Shown: piece by piece, positions 20,041 to 30,094 of the stretch
Layout: each line of letters opens with the position of its first letter
How positions within the stretch are numbered: the stretch's first letter is position 1
Origin: an uncultured Candidatus Saccharibacteria bacterium
GTDB taxonomy: Bacteria > Patescibacteriota > Minisyncoccia > Phycocordibacterales > UBA918
Assembly: GCA_964626635.1 (NCBI GenBank)
Contig: CAZVFY010000002.1
Coordinates: forward strand, 72,415 to 136,414
Direction of reading: 5' to 3'
Length of the DNA: 64,000 nucleotides
Notes under the pieces: model-generated
Seen by the model: only the letters and a program-made list of their open reading frames with translations
Told to the model about the DNA's origin: nothing
Databases searched by the model: none
Made by a program: the position numbers and the translations under genes

Positions 20041-21852
20041 ATGTCTACCGATACCACTAAATCAACCAGTAAAACTACTTTTACACCCGGCACCATTGTC
20101 CGCGTGACCGGACCGCTTGTCCGAGCGAGCGGTATGCGCGACGCGCGGCTCTACGAACTGGTCGAAGTGTCCGACGAGCGGCTGATGGGCGAGATCATCG
20201 AACTATCTGATGATGTGGCGTCAATCCAGGTGTACGAAGACACCGCTGGGGTTGGTCCCGGAGACGTAGTGCATCGCACCGGACGGACGATGTCGGTAGC
20301 GCTCGCGCCGGGCTTGCTCACCTCAATCTATGACGGCGTACAGCGTCCGCTGCGCGACATCGAGGCGGCTGCCAACGGTCCGTACATCAAGCGCGGGATC
20401 GAAGCTGAACCAATCGACACAAAGAAAAAGTGGGCGTTCCAGGCTGTTGCGAAGAAGGGCGCAACGGTCATCGGCGGAGACGTCCTTGGTACGGTGCAAG
20501 AAACCTCAGTCATCGAACACAAAGTCATGGTGCCGCCGGACATCAGCGGGGAACTGCTCGACATCAAAACAGGTGACATGACCGTCACTGAGCCAATCGC
20601 CACTATTAAAACCGAGGACGGCGACATCACCGTACCGATGCTACAGTACTGGCCGATCCGCAACGCGCGACCAAAGACCGCCAAAATTTTTCCGACCGAA
20701 CCACTGAAAACCGGTGGCCGATCAATCGACACTTTCTTTCCAATCGCTAAGGGTGGCGCTGGGTGTATTCCTGGACCATTTGGTGCCGGCAAAACCGTGA
20801 CGCAGCAATCGATTGCCAAGTACTGTGACGCCGAGATCATCGTATACATCGGCTGCGGCGAGCGCGGCAACGAGATGACCGAGGTACTGTCCGAGTTCCC
20901 GCACCTCGTTGACCCGAACACCGGCGAGCCGCTGATGAAGCGCACCATTTTGATTGCGAACACCTCAAACATGCCAGTCGCCGCGCGTGAGGCGTCCGTG
21001 TACACCGGGATCACCATCGCCGAGTATTACCGCGATATGGGGTACAACGTCGCGCTGATGGCTGACAGTACCTCACGGTGGGCCGAGGCTATGCGTGAGA
21101 TCTCAGGACGATTAGAAGAAATGCCTGGTGAGGAAGGGTACCCAGCGTATCTATCATCAAGAACGGCCGAATTTTACGAACGAGCTGGGATGGTACAGAC
21201 ACTCGGTTCAAAAGAGCGTACTGGCTCACTGACAGTGATCGGCGCGGTGTCGCCTCCTGGTGGCGACCTCTCCGAGCCAGTGTCACAAGCAACCCTGCGG
21301 GTCACTAAAACCTTCTGGTCGCTTGATGCCGGCTTGGCGTACAAAAAACACTTTCCGAGTATCAACTGGCTAGTGTCGTACTCACTTTACGTAGAAAACT
21401 TCAAGGGGTACTGGGCAGAACACATCGCGCCGGACTTTGCTGAGATCCGCGCGATTGCGATGACACTCCTCGAGCAAGAATCATCACTCCTCGAGATCGT
21501 CCGTCTCGTCGGGATGGAATCTCTCTCGGCGTCAGACCGACTAGTACTTGAGGTGGCGCGGATGATCCGCGAAGACTACTTGTTCCAGGATGCCTTCTCG
21601 CCAGACGATGCGTACACGCCGCTTGATCGGCAGTACGGCATGCTGAAATCTATCATTGCCTTTTATACGCACGGTCAAGACGTCGTCACAGCCGAAGAAT
21701 TTGACTTTACCAAGTTCACCAGCATCCCGACCTTTAGCGAGGTCGCTACCCTCAAAGACAAACTTGACTGGAAAGCCGCTGACTTTGAAGCGTTCCAAGA
21801 TCGCGTCAAAACTGACATTATGAGCCTGCGCACCAACGCACCCACTAACTAA
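20041..21852 (+). CDS. atpA: V/A-type ATPase catalytic subunit A
   Basis: Walker A GPFGAGKTV. 603 aa, including the non-homologous insert typical of A subunits. Confidence 0.95.
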   Translation: MSTDTTKSTSKTTFTPGTIVRVTGPLVRASGMRDARLYELVEVSDERLMGEIIELSDDVASIQVYEDTAGVGPGDVVHRTGRTMSVALAPGLLTSIYDGVQRPLRDIEAAANGPYIKRGIEAEPIDTKKKWAFQAVAKKGATVIGGDVLGTVQETSVIEHKVMVPPDISGELLDIKTGDMTVTEPIATIKTEDGDITVPMLQYWPIRNARPKTAKIFPTEPLKTGGRSIDTFFPIAKGGAGCIPGPFGAGKTVTQQSIAKYCDAEIIVYIGCGERGNEMTEVLSEFPHLVDPNTGEPLMKRTILIANTSNMPVAAREASVYTGITIAEYYRDMGYNVALMADSTSRWAEAMREISGRLEEMPGEEGYPAYLSSRTAEFYERAGMVQTLGSKERTGSLTVIGAVSPPGGDLSEPVSQATLRVTKTFWSLDAGLAYKKHFPSINWLVSYSLYVENFKGYWAEHIAPDFAEIRAIAMTLLEQESSLLEIVRLVGMESLSASDRLVLEVARMIREDYLFQDAFSPDDAYTPLDRQYGMLKSIIAFYTHGQDVVTAEEFDFTKFTSIPTFSEVATLKDKLDWKAADFEAFQDRVKTDIMSLRTNAPTN

Positions 21853-23334
21853 TTGCATATGAAAGAATATACTTCAGTCAAAGAACTCGCCGGACCACTG
21901 ATGGTCGTTGATGGCGTGGAAGGAGCCAAATACGAAGAGCTCGTCGAGGTGCAGGTACCAGGCGAAAAGCGCGTGCGCTACGGTAAAGTGCTGGACACCA
22001 GCAAGGGACGCGCGGTGGTGCAGATGTTCGATGCCACGGCCGGCATGACCACCGCTGGAACGCGCGTGCGATTCCGGGGCGAGACCCTCAAGCTCGGTGT
22101 GTCAGAAGACATGCTCGGGCGAGTATTTACCGGGGCGGGCGAAGTGGCCGATGGTGGCCCGGCGATCGTGCCAGAGGCGCGACTTGATATCGCTGGTGAA
22201 CCGATCAACCCGTACTCACGAGAATTCCCCAACGATTTTATCCAGACCGGGATCGGTTCGATCGACGTAATGAACACGCTCGTGCGTGGGCAAAAGCTAC
22301 CGATTTTCTCGGGGGCTGGGTTGCCACACGCGCGGCTGGCGGCGCAGATCGCGCGGCAAGCAACTGTGAGTGACGGCGCGAACTTCGCGATCGTATTTGG
22401 GACGCTCGGGGTGTCATTTGAAGAGGCAGAATACTTCCGTCGCGAATTCGAAGAGGCGGGCGCGCTCGAGCGCAGTGTGCTGTTTATCAACACCGCAGCT
22501 GACCCAGTGGTCGAGCGTGTCTCGACGCCGCGCATGGCGCTAACGACCGCCGAGTACCTGGCGTTCGAAAAAGGTATGCACGTCCTCGTGATCTTGACTG
22601 ACCTCACCAACTACTGTGAAGCACTACGCGAGGTGTCGAGCGCGCGCAAAGAAGTCCCCGGGCGTCGCGGGTATCCTGGATACTTGTACACTGACCTGTC
22701 GACGATCTACGAACGCGCTGGGCGCGTCAAAGGCAAAGAGGGAACTATCACCCAGATCCCCATCCTGACTATGCCCGACGACGACAAAACCCACCCGGTC
22801 CCCGACCTCACTGGGTACATTACCGAAGGACAGTTCGTCGTATCACGCGAACTTTACCGCAAAGAGATATTCCCGCCAGTTGATGTGCAGGGGTCACTGT
22901 CGCGACTCTGGGCGGCTGGTGTTGGCGAGGGCAAGACCCGCGCTGATCATAAGAACCTCAAGGACCAGCTTTTTGCGTCGTACGCCGTTGGTACCGAAGT
23001 GCGCGAGCTAGCCGTGGTGCTGGGCGAGGCGTCACTAGACGACAACGATCGCGCGCACTTACGGTTTGCCGATGCCTTTGAGAAAGAGTTCGTCGGCCAA
23101 GGCGAATACGAGAACCGTAGTGTCGCTGAGTCACTCGATATTGGGTGGAAATTATTGCGGATGCTACCACGCAATACCCTCAAGCGTGTAAAAGCCGCCG
23201 AGATTGACCAGTACATGGGGGCCGAGGCACCCGAGGCAGATGCAGCAGCTGATCAGGTGTCAGAAGGTGAGGTGGCTGCAGGGGCGCCAGAGCCAAGTAT
23301 GATGGGGGATAACAAAAACCAACCAGTTGCGTAA
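21853..23334 (+). CDS. atpB: V/A-type ATPase subunit B
   Basis: 493 aa alpha/beta family member without a canonical P-loop, directly after A. Confidence 0.95.
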   Translation: MHMKEYTSVKELAGPLMVVDGVEGAKYEELVEVQVPGEKRVRYGKVLDTSKGRAVVQMFDATAGMTTAGTRVRFRGETLKLGVSEDMLGRVFTGAGEVADGGPAIVPEARLDIAGEPINPYSREFPNDFIQTGIGSIDVMNTLVRGQKLPIFSGAGLPHARLAAQIARQATVSDGANFAIVFGTLGVSFEEAEYFRREFEEAGALERSVLFINTAADPVVERVSTPRMALTTAEYLAFEKGMHVLVILTDLTNYCEALREVSSARKEVPGRRGYPGYLYTDLSTIYERAGRVKGKEGTITQIPILTMPDDDKTHPVPDLTGYITEGQFVVSRELYRKEIFPPVDVQGSLSRLWAAGVGEGKTRADHKNLKDQLFASYAVGTEVRELAVVLGEASLDDNDRAHLRFADAFEKEFVGQGEYENRSVAESLDIGWKLLRMLPRNTLKRVKAAEIDQYMGAEAPEADAAADQVSEGEVAAGAPEPSMMGDNKNQPVA

Positions 23335-23342
23335 TACCTATC

Positions 23343-23975
23343 ATGGCAATCTTAAAAATCAGTCCAACGCGGGTCTCACTCCTCAAACTAAAAAAGGAGC
23401 TCAAGACCGCCAAGAAAGGCCATAAACTCCTCAAGGATAAACGCGACGGTCTCGTCAAGAAATTCATGAGCGTGATCTACGAAGCTAAGGCGACTCGTGA
23501 ATCAGTCGAGGAGCGCCTGGGGTCAGCATTCGCGAGTTACCAGCGCGCCAGTATGGTCGCCAGCCCCGGCGCGCTCGAGGTGGCGACTAAATTGCCTGGT
23601 GCGTCGCTCTCTCTCGGCGTCAGTGTCAAGCGTGTTATGTCAGTCCCGGTGCCGGAATTTACGGTCGACAAGACTGGGGAGGCGGCCGTGTACAGTCAGG
23701 CCGATACGCCAATCGAACTAGATACCGCCATCACAAAATTTGATGATGTGATCGTTGATATTCTGACACTCGCGGCACTCGAGAAAACCGCCGCGAACCT
23801 GGCCGAAGAGATAGAGAAGACGCGCCGCCGCGTATCCGCCCTCGAGAATATCCGCATTCCGAACCTGCAAGACACGATTAAATTCATCACCATGCAACTG
23901 GATGAGCGTAACCGGGACGCGGTGGTGTCGACGATGCGAGTGAAAGCAATGATTGTTGCCAAGGAAAACGCCTAA
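23343..23975 (+). CDS. V/A-type ATPase subunit D
   Basis: 210 aa coiled-coil central stalk protein, last gene of the operon. Confidence 0.85.
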   Translation: MAILKISPTRVSLLKLKKELKTAKKGHKLLKDKRDGLVKKFMSVIYEAKATRESVEERLGSAFASYQRASMVASPGALEVATKLPGASLSLGVSVKRVMSVPVPEFTVDKTGEAAVYSQADTPIELDTAITKFDDVIVDILTLAALEKTAANLAEEIEKTRRRVSALENIRIPNLQDTIKFITMQLDERNRDAVVSTMRVKAMIVAKENA

Positions 23976-23979
23976 AACA

Positions 23980-24156
23980 ATGAGTGTACCCATCATACAA
24001 TTTAATTACAAAACCGCTGTAATCTTACTATTGCTTGTTATTGTAGTATTGCTAATTTGGATCGCATTCGTCTTGGATGATATATATTGGTTAGTTACTG
24101 AAACTAATTTAAATACAGAAATTTTATTCAACAGAACGGTTGAGTCAGATAACTAA
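23980..24156 (+). CDS. Small single-TM protein, hypothetical
   Basis: 58 aa (MSVPIIQFNYKTAVILLLLVIVVLLIWIAFVL...) in an AT-rich stretch after the V-ATPase operon. Weak support. Confidence 0.25.
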   Translation: MSVPIIQFNYKTAVILLLLVIVVLLIWIAFVLDDIYWLVTETNLNTEILFNRTVESDN

Positions 24157-24984
24157 TATAATCTCTTCAGGTAGCGTCAATTCGCGGTTATCTAAATCTG
24201 AAATTTGCAACAACGTCGTCGCCCATACATCTGCATCTGTCGCGTTCTGCGCGGTGAGGTACACGGCGTCTCTCACTGTCGCTTCGGCAACAATATGATG
24301 TTGTTCGCTAGTACCGCGACTAGCGTCACGTACGGGCCAGCGGCGTTTAAGCGGACTACTGGCGGCGAAGGCTTGATTATGTAAGTGCGTCGTGCCGACG
24401 ACCACGCCCGGACGAAGTGGGTCTTCGAGATAAATTTCGACTGGCTCGCCATTGTGGTGCGTCGCGTAAATATCGCCACCACCATTGATCAAAAATTGTT
24501 CGAGGCCGTGCTGGTGGTGCAGGGCTGTAGCGAGTAAATCAATCAGATATCCTTTCCCATACCCCCCAATATCGACGTGCGTGTGACCGAGTAGTTGGAT
24601 CTCGCCGTCGGTCATAATGATGCCGGTGGTTGGATTGCCCGGCGTGCGATCGGCCGCCCCGTCGTAGCGGAACGAGTAATTGGCGTCATAGCCATTGGCG
24701 ATTTGGATATGGCCGGTCAGGATGTTGAATAGCCCGTTAGTGCGGCGGTAGTATTCGATCCCGGTGTGGAGGAGGGTGCGAGTCTCGTCGCTTGGCGACG
24801 CGAGCACCCGGTCGTGGTTTAGGCGACTGATCAAACTGTCAGTCTTGAACCGGGAAAATTTGTTTTCAAATTCATTTACGATCAAGCGGCAGAAACGTTC
24901 CGTTTCTGCCGCTTGTTCTTTAGTTTGAGTGTCCCAGATCTCAATCCACCACTGGGTGCCGAGGGCAGGGAAATTACATTGCAT
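24145..24984 (-). CDS. apbE: FAD:protein FMN transferase (ApbE family)
   Basis: ApbE motifs DSLISRLN, DIGGYGKGYLID, INGGGDIYA and HHIV. 279 aa. Confidence 0.7.
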   Translation of the reverse strand: MQCNFPALGTQWWIEIWDTQTKEQAAETERFCRLIVNEFENKFSRFKTDSLISRLNHDRVLASPSDETRTLLHTGIEYYRRTNGLFNILTGHIQIANGYDANYSFRYDGAADRTPGNPTTGIIMTDGEIQLLGHTHVDIGGYGKGYLIDLLATALHHQHGLEQFLINGGGDIYATHHNGEPVEIYLEDPLRPGVVVGTTHLHNQAFAASSPLKRRWPVRDASRGTSEQHHIVAEATVRDAVYLTAQNATDADVWATTLLQISDLDNRELTLPEEIILVI

Positions 24985-24992
24985 GCAGATCT

Positions 24993-25538
24993 CTATGACT
25001 GCGCGCGCATTGCGGCCACTGCCTCGTTAAACGCTTCACTCGTGAGGGAAGCGCCACCAACGCGTGAAAGATTAATTTCGTTTAAACGTTTGCCTACTAC
25101 CTCGCTCGTGTATGCTGCATCAAACGCTTGATGGCTAGGGGTGACACCAGCCCCGCCATCGTACGTAACATCTGCGTCTACCACTACCCGATCTTTGAGT
25201 GTAAGAGAAACGAGAATCTCATGCTCGGTGCGACGTGGAGTAAAGTACGACGCTTCAGCCGTGAGGATGCGCTCATCGTCGGTGGGGTCAAACGCTTCGT
25301 CAGTTATCCTCGCGCTATCATTTGGTACCATCGCTTCTTCATCAACTGGCGCTCCGCGCACTGCGCTCGCTTCTTCGGCTGCTTCTACCGCTTCCCGGGC
25401 CGACTCCACGGCAGTGATTGGTGTAGTGTTTGTCTCATCGCTACTGGTACCGCCGATCATGACAAACGCCAACACTGCGCCGATTACTATTACAACTCCA
25501 AAAATAACTATAGGCATATAAAAATTAATTAACTTCAT
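24993..25538 (-). CDS. Membrane-anchored FMN_bind-like (NqrC/RnfG-like) domain protein
   Basis: N-terminal TM helix (PIVIFGVVIVIGAVLAFVMIGG) and an acidic linker. The C-terminal roughly 85 aa resemble the FMN_bind fold and end in RVGGASLTSEAFNEAVAAM, cf. canonical DxxSGAT(I)TS. The start is uncertain between 25517 and 25583. Confidence 0.45.
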   Translation of the reverse strand: MKLINFYMPIVIFGVVIVIGAVLAFVMIGGTSSDETNTTPITAVESAREAVEAAEEASAVRGAPVDEEAMVPNDSARITDEAFDPTDDERILTAEASYFTPRRTEHEILVSLTLKDRVVVDADVTYDGGAGVTPSHQAFDAAYTSEVVGKRLNEINLSRVGGASLTSEAFNEAVAAMRAQS

Positions 25539-25553
25539 GCTAGTATAGCGATC

Positions 25554-27134
25554 ATGAGACAACTTGTACATATACCGTATCACGCATGGATGTATGCGAT
25601 GAAGAAAATTGATGCGACAGGTATGTATCGCATTGTATCGGTAACACTTGCTTTGCTAGTCCTTTGCAGCTTACTCGCAAGTAGTATTGGGCAACTGGCG
25701 TATACTCTGCCCGCGCTGTTTACTTCTTTGGTACTCGCAGTGCTGGTGGCACTGGGGCTTAATAAAGTGATCGGAATGCTGTTGCGAGTTCCAGTTAATC
25801 AAGAATCAGCCCTTATTACCGGTCTCATTTTGTTTTTTATGATGATACCAAGCGCCAACTTGGTCGAGAACTGGTACCTGGTTGCAGCAGTGGCGCTGGC
25901 CATTCTCTCGAAGTACTTAATTGTGTATCGTCGCCAACACATAGTAAATCCGGCGGCGGCTGGTGCTGTCGGTCTTGTACTCATCATCGGTGGAGTAAAT
26001 GTAGTACAAGGTACGAGCTACAACACAGACATTTTTTCTTGGTGGGTGGCCAACCCTATTTTGTTTTTGCCAGTCCTTTTGCTGGGTGCAGCCGTAGTTC
26101 AAAAAATTAGAAAATGGCCGGGAGTTTTGGCGCTAATAATTGTTGGTTTAGTGGTATTTGTGTATGAGTCGCTCACGTTTGGGCTTTCGGCACTGTCTGC
26201 GACACAACTTTTCTTTGTTTCGTTTCCGACGCTTTTCCTTGCGTTTTACATGTTTACTGAGCCGACCACGATGCCGCCGCGAAAATGGCATCAGGTAACC
26301 TACGGGGCTCTCGTTGGTGCACTGATGAGCACGACGCTCTTTGCGCCTTACCTTGCAATGACGCCAGAGCTGGCGTTGGTGCTAGGTAACGTATATGCGT
26401 ACAGCTTTCGAGCGAGGCGTAAGCTGTACCTCACATTAGTCGAAACACGATCACTAACGCGCAATGTATTAGAGTTTGTTTTCAAGAAGCCAACAGACTT
26501 TTATTTTCGAGCCGGACAATATCTGGAATGGATGTTACCGCACGAAAAAGCAGACGATCGCGGTGCGCGTCGCTATTTTACGATAGCGTCGAGCCCGACC
26601 GAAGACGTTGTACGACTGGCTCTAAAAGTGCCAGAAAACCCAAGCACGTACAAACAATCTTTGACTGATATGAAAGTCGGTGAACAACTAATTGCGAGCC
26701 AGCTTGCCGGAGACTTTCTATTGCCTACTACACCTCAGTACATGCTCGGGCTGATTGCTGGCGGTATTGGCATCACTCCTTTTCGAAGCCAGCTGCGGTA
26801 CTTACATGATCAGGGGCGCATAGTCGATACTGTGCTATTTTACTGTGCGCCTACGAGCGCTGACCTTGCGTACAAAGATGAGCTTAAAGAATACCAGCCT
26901 GACCTTTGTCTAGTTCCAGTGCTTGACTCAACTGAAGATAATCAAGATAAAGATGATGTAATCGAAGGGTATCTCACAACAGCATCACTCACCAAGCATG
27001 CACCAGACTATCTTGAGCGGCACTGGTATTTATCCGGCCCTCCAGGCTTGGTAAATGCTTACAAAAAGCTTTTACTGCAAGCGAAAGTGCCGCGGCGCAA
27101 TATCAAGACTGATTATTTCCCGGGACTTGCGTAG
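25554..27134 (+). CDS. Membrane oxidoreductase: RnfD/NqrB-like polytopic domain fused to an FNR-type FAD/NAD(P)-binding reductase domain
   Basis: About 8 TM helices containing HIVNPAAAGAVGLV (an FNPAL-like motif). The C-terminal domain carries RRYFTIASSP (RxYS FAD motif), GGIGITPF (NAD(P) binding) and a C-terminal YLSGPPGLV. Alternative starts at 25590 or 25599 are possible. Confidence 0.55.
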   Translation: MRQLVHIPYHAWMYAMKKIDATGMYRIVSVTLALLVLCSLLASSIGQLAYTLPALFTSLVLAVLVALGLNKVIGMLLRVPVNQESALITGLILFFMMIPSANLVENWYLVAAVALAILSKYLIVYRRQHIVNPAAAGAVGLVLIIGGVNVVQGTSYNTDIFSWWVANPILFLPVLLLGAAVVQKIRKWPGVLALIIVGLVVFVYESLTFGLSALSATQLFFVSFPTLFLAFYMFTEPTTMPPRKWHQVTYGALVGALMSTTLFAPYLAMTPELALVLGNVYAYSFRARRKLYLTLVETRSLTRNVLEFVFKKPTDFYFRAGQYLEWMLPHEKADDRGARRYFTIASSPTEDVVRLALKVPENPSTYKQSLTDMKVGEQLIASQLAGDFLLPTTPQYMLGLIAGGIGITPFRSQLRYLHDQGRIVDTVLFYCAPTSADLAYKDELKEYQPDLCLVPVLDSTEDNQDKDDVIEGYLTTASLTKHAPDYLERHWYLSGPPGLVNAYKKLLLQAKVPRRNIKTDYFPGLA

Positions 27135-27139
27135 TGTTG

Positions 27140-27811
27140 CTACCAGTTGATGGGCGAATAGCCGTGCTCCACCAAGTATGCATTACATTTTGAAAAATGC
27201 CGATTCCCAAAAAAGCCTTTGTCGGCCGAAAAGGGAGACGGATGCGGGGAGGTAAGTATACGGTGTTTGGTCTCGTCAATCAGTTCTGACTTACTGATCG
27301 CGAACTTACCCCACAGTAAGAACACAACGTGTTCGCGTTCGCGAGAGATAGTGCTGATAACCGCATTGGTAAACGTTTCCCAGCCTAGTTTTTGGTGACT
27401 ACCTGGTCGGCCTTTCTCGACTGTCAGCGTGGCGTTGAGTAGCAATACCCCTTGCTTAGCCCAGTTGGTCAGGTCGCCGCTGGTACGCTGCGTTGCAGGT
27501 ACGCCGGTGTCAGACTCTATTTCTTTGTAGATATTTTGGAGCGACGGGGGAACGCGAATACCGTCGGCGACGCTAAATGACAACCCCATGGCTTGGCCTG
27601 GTCCGTGGTACGGGTCTTGACCCAGGATAACTACGCGCACCTGGTCGAGCGGCGTTTGGTTAAAGGCATTAAACACCAATGGTGCTGGTGGGTAGACCGG
27701 CGGGTCGGCGATCAGGTAACTAGCGCGGACTTCATTCGTTAGATTTATAAAATACTCCTGCTCGAACTCATTCGATAGCACCGTTTTCCAGGATTCGTGA
27801 ATCTTGACCAT
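27140..27811 (-). CDS. ung: Uracil-DNA glycosylase (family 1)
   Basis: GQDPYHGPGQAMGLSFSV and HPSPFSA motifs. Confidence 0.9.
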   Translation of the reverse strand: MVKIHESWKTVLSNEFEQEYFINLTNEVRASYLIADPPVYPPAPLVFNAFNQTPLDQVRVVILGQDPYHGPGQAMGLSFSVADGIRVPPSLQNIYKEIESDTGVPATQRTSGDLTNWAKQGVLLLNATLTVEKGRPGSHQKLGWETFTNAVISTISREREHVVFLLWGKFAISKSELIDETKHRILTSPHPSPFSADKGFFGNRHFSKCNAYLVEHGYSPINW

Positions 27812-27835
27812 GTATATGCAGTATACTGAAACGAT

Positions 27836-28189
27836 ATGAAAGACGCACGTCGCCGCAGTATCGCCAAAGCCCTCACGTGGCGCGTGATTGCGACTACGAC
27901 TACCATGGCGCTCGCGTACGCCGCTACCGGTGATCTAAAGCTGGCTGGCACTATCGGCGCGCTCGACGTCGTTATTAAATTAGCGTTTTACTACGCGCAC
28001 GAACGCGCATGGGGAAGGGTGCAGTGGGGAAAAGGCACAAGGTTACAATTTTACCAGTTCCAGGAATCGCCGCCGGGCCGAAGCCGGCGATTCGGAACAA
28101 AATTTCGTAATAGTCATTGCATTCCTTTACTCATTTTTGACACCCGGGACAATAGTGCGTCCCACGCCCGGCGCAGCGGATTTTTTTAA
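27836..28189 (+). CDS. DUF2061-like small membrane protein
   Basis: KALTWRVIATTTTMALAYAATGDLKLAGTIGALDVVIKLAFYYAHERAW. The 3' end overlaps fpg and the true stop is uncertain. Confidence 0.45.
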   Translation: MKDARRRSIAKALTWRVIATTTTMALAYAATGDLKLAGTIGALDVVIKLAFYYAHERAWGRVQWGKGTRLQFYQFQESPPGRSRRFGTKFRNSHCIPLLIFDTRDNSASHARRSGFF

Positions 28190-28994
28190 TAATTGCGCCA
28201 CACCGCGAGCAGTTTGTGCCTTGTTGGCCAAAGACTTGTAGGTAGTCGGTAAAATTACCGTTCTCACCGCCAGTGTCCTTAAAATGTTGAAAGGTCGTGC
28301 CGCCCACGGCAATCGATTCATTCATAACGTCACCGGCGGCTTTGCACAGTAGCGCAGCCTCGGTCTTCGTCACCCGTGACGCCCGCCTCGTCGGACGCAC
28401 TCGCGCGCGCCAGAGCGCTTCGTCTACGTAAATATTCCCGAGACCAGCGACAAATGATTGATCGAGTAGTGCTGCCTTCACGGGCGTATTGCGCTTTTTG
28501 AGTTTGGCGGTAAACCATTCACAGTCAAAGTCTGATCGGATCGGTTCGGGACCAAACGCACTGCGAGCCAGCTCGACATCCGCGGCAGTCGCGAGACGAA
28601 AGTACCCAAACAATCGCATGTCATTGAAATACAGGTGTGAGCCATCAGTGAATTCTAGGGCTACTCGGGTGTGCTTGTTCGGTAGTATCAGTGACGGCTC
28701 GCTCATGCTGTGGCCGCCACCACTCGCGCGGCCAGCTGGAGTAACATAAAAGTACTGCCCAGTCATCTTGAGGTGGGTCAAGATAAACAGATCTGCTTGG
28801 CCCTGGAACGCAATAATAAGTAGTTTGCCCACGCGGTCAATTGTCCGTATGGTTTTGCCGGCGAGTTGCGGCTGCAGACTGTCGTGCGGCTCGATCGGCT
28901 TGGGGTGGAGGGCATCGATGCGCGCAATGGTCTTGCCGCGCACTTTCTTTAATAGCTGCAAACGGACTGTCTCGACTTCGGGTAACTCGGGCAT
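28131..28994 (-). CDS. mutM: Formamidopyrimidine-DNA glycosylase (Fpg/MutM)
   Basis: Start moved to MPELPEVETV (catalytic Pro2). C-terminal zinc finger CSRCGAIIKKIRCAGRGTHYCPGC. Confidence 0.85.
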   Translation of the reverse strand: MPELPEVETVRLQLLKKVRGKTIARIDALHPKPIEPHDSLQPQLAGKTIRTIDRVGKLLIIAFQGQADLFILTHLKMTGQYFYVTPAGRASGGGHSMSEPSLILPNKHTRVALEFTDGSHLYFNDMRLFGYFRLATAADVELARSAFGPEPIRSDFDCEWFTAKLKKRNTPVKAALLDQSFVAGLGNIYVDEALWRARVRPTRRASRVTKTEAALLCKAAGDVMNESIAVGGTTFQHFKDTGGENGNFTDYLQVFGQQGTNCSRCGAIIKKIRCAGRGTHYCPGCQK

Positions 28995-29077
28995 GTTCGT
29001 ATTGTACCTGGCTGGGGGGCACAATACTAGTGATATGTACAATTTGTACACCAGTGTATTCGTGCTAGACTGTTATT

Positions 29078-29425
29078 ATGATCGATAAAACCCAACAACT
29101 TAAACAGCTTGATCAACTAGAAGGTTTTGTGCGTTTGATGGACACACAGTTTGGGGTACCTGGATTTCGTTTTGGATTAGATGGAATTATTGGGCTTGTT
29201 CCTGGAATTGGTGACTTTGTGGGCGGGTTAATTTCATTAGGATTGGTGCTCCGCATGCGGCAAATTGGCGTACCAAGTGAATGTATTAATAAAATGATTC
29301 GTAACGTTCTAATTGACGTCATCGTGGGTGGTGTACCAATCCTCGGTGATGGGTTTGACTTCTTTTTTAAAGTAAATGAACGCAACCTACGCATTGCTCG
29401 ACGCTGCCTGACGGTCGAGGTCTAG
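29078..29425 (+). CDS. DUF4112 domain membrane protein
   Basis: GVPGFRFGLDGIIGLVPGIGDFVGGLISLGLV..VPILGDGFDFFFKVNERN. Confidence 0.6.
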   Translation: MIDKTQQLKQLDQLEGFVRLMDTQFGVPGFRFGLDGIIGLVPGIGDFVGGLISLGLVLRMRQIGVPSECINKMIRNVLIDVIVGGVPILGDGFDFFFKVNERNLRIARRCLTVEV

Positions 29426-29440
29426 TGATAGACTTACGAT

Positions 29441-30007
29441 ATGGATACAAGACGCCTTAGAATTACTGTCATCAGTATTGTGGTATTTATTGTCGTGTGG
29501 TCGCTGGTCGTTTATTTTGTGGGGGCCGAGCGCATTATAGATTACATTGGCGTCGAAAATAGCTACATTGTGGTATTTTTTATAGCTCTGATTGGCGGAG
29601 CGACGTCGCTAGGGGGAGTGACGTACGTGTCAGCAATTCTGACGACCGTCGCGGGTGGCGCCGAGCCGCTCTACATCGGACTGGCGGCTGGGGCGGGTAC
29701 GTGTTTAGGGGACTCGCTTTACTATCTTGTAAGTTATTATGGTAGCCATGCGTTTGCCACCGGTACCATCGACAAACACCTCGACCGCGTACAGGATTGG
29801 GCAGACCAGCGTCCGTGGTACACGCGCTGGCTGACTATCTATGGGCTGCTTGGGTTTACGCCAATGCCGAACGACTTGCTCACGGTGTCGCTTGGCCTTA
29901 TCAAGCAACCCAAACGGCTGGTTCTAACCGCGATTGCCGCTGGGACTTTTACCCTTGCTTTACTATTAGCGTACTTTGGTTCAGCACTGCCATTGGTGGG
30001 TGGGTAG
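29441..30007 (+). CDS. DedA/TVP38-like membrane protein
   Basis: Multi-TM. LAAGAGTCLGDSLYYLVSYYGS. Confidence 0.5.
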   Translation: MDTRRLRITVISIVVFIVVWSLVVYFVGAERIIDYIGVENSYIVVFFIALIGGATSLGGVTYVSAILTTVAGGAEPLYIGLAAGAGTCLGDSLYYLVSYYGSHAFATGTIDKHLDRVQDWADQRPWYTRWLTIYGLLGFTPMPNDLLTVSLGLIKQPKRLVLTAIAAGTFTLALLLAYFGSALPLVGG

Positions 30008-30094
30008 TGGTTTCGCCGTACCATTAATTGGACTTGTAACTTCCCAAAAAGTCAGTAATATACTGGTACTTGCGTAAACAAGCAAAACTATGAT

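Noticed and set aside
20328-21017. Long antisense ORFs inside V-ATPase A/B, subunit E, lysS, PBP2, ftsI and similar genes (e.g. 20328-21017, 21978-22610, 18136-18765, 55779-56339, 53391-53951, 8404-8934)
   Set aside because: These are shadow ORFs embedded in well-supported genes on the opposite strand. Their low-complexity Arg/Ser/Pro-rich translations are typical of antisense frames in GC-rich coding DNA.
25554-26400. NADPH-oxidase (NOX / ferric-reductase TM domain) interpretation of the membrane half of the FNR-like fusion
   Set aside because: NOX/FRE membrane domains need two pairs of heme-ligating His in TM3 and TM5. Only two His are present in the whole membrane region (RRQHIV, KWHQV).
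28131-29051. Longer Fpg start (MYKLYISLVLCPP...)
   Set aside because: Fpg/Nei enzymes require Pro as residue 2 after Met removal (MPELPEVE). The extension would bury the catalytic N-terminus.
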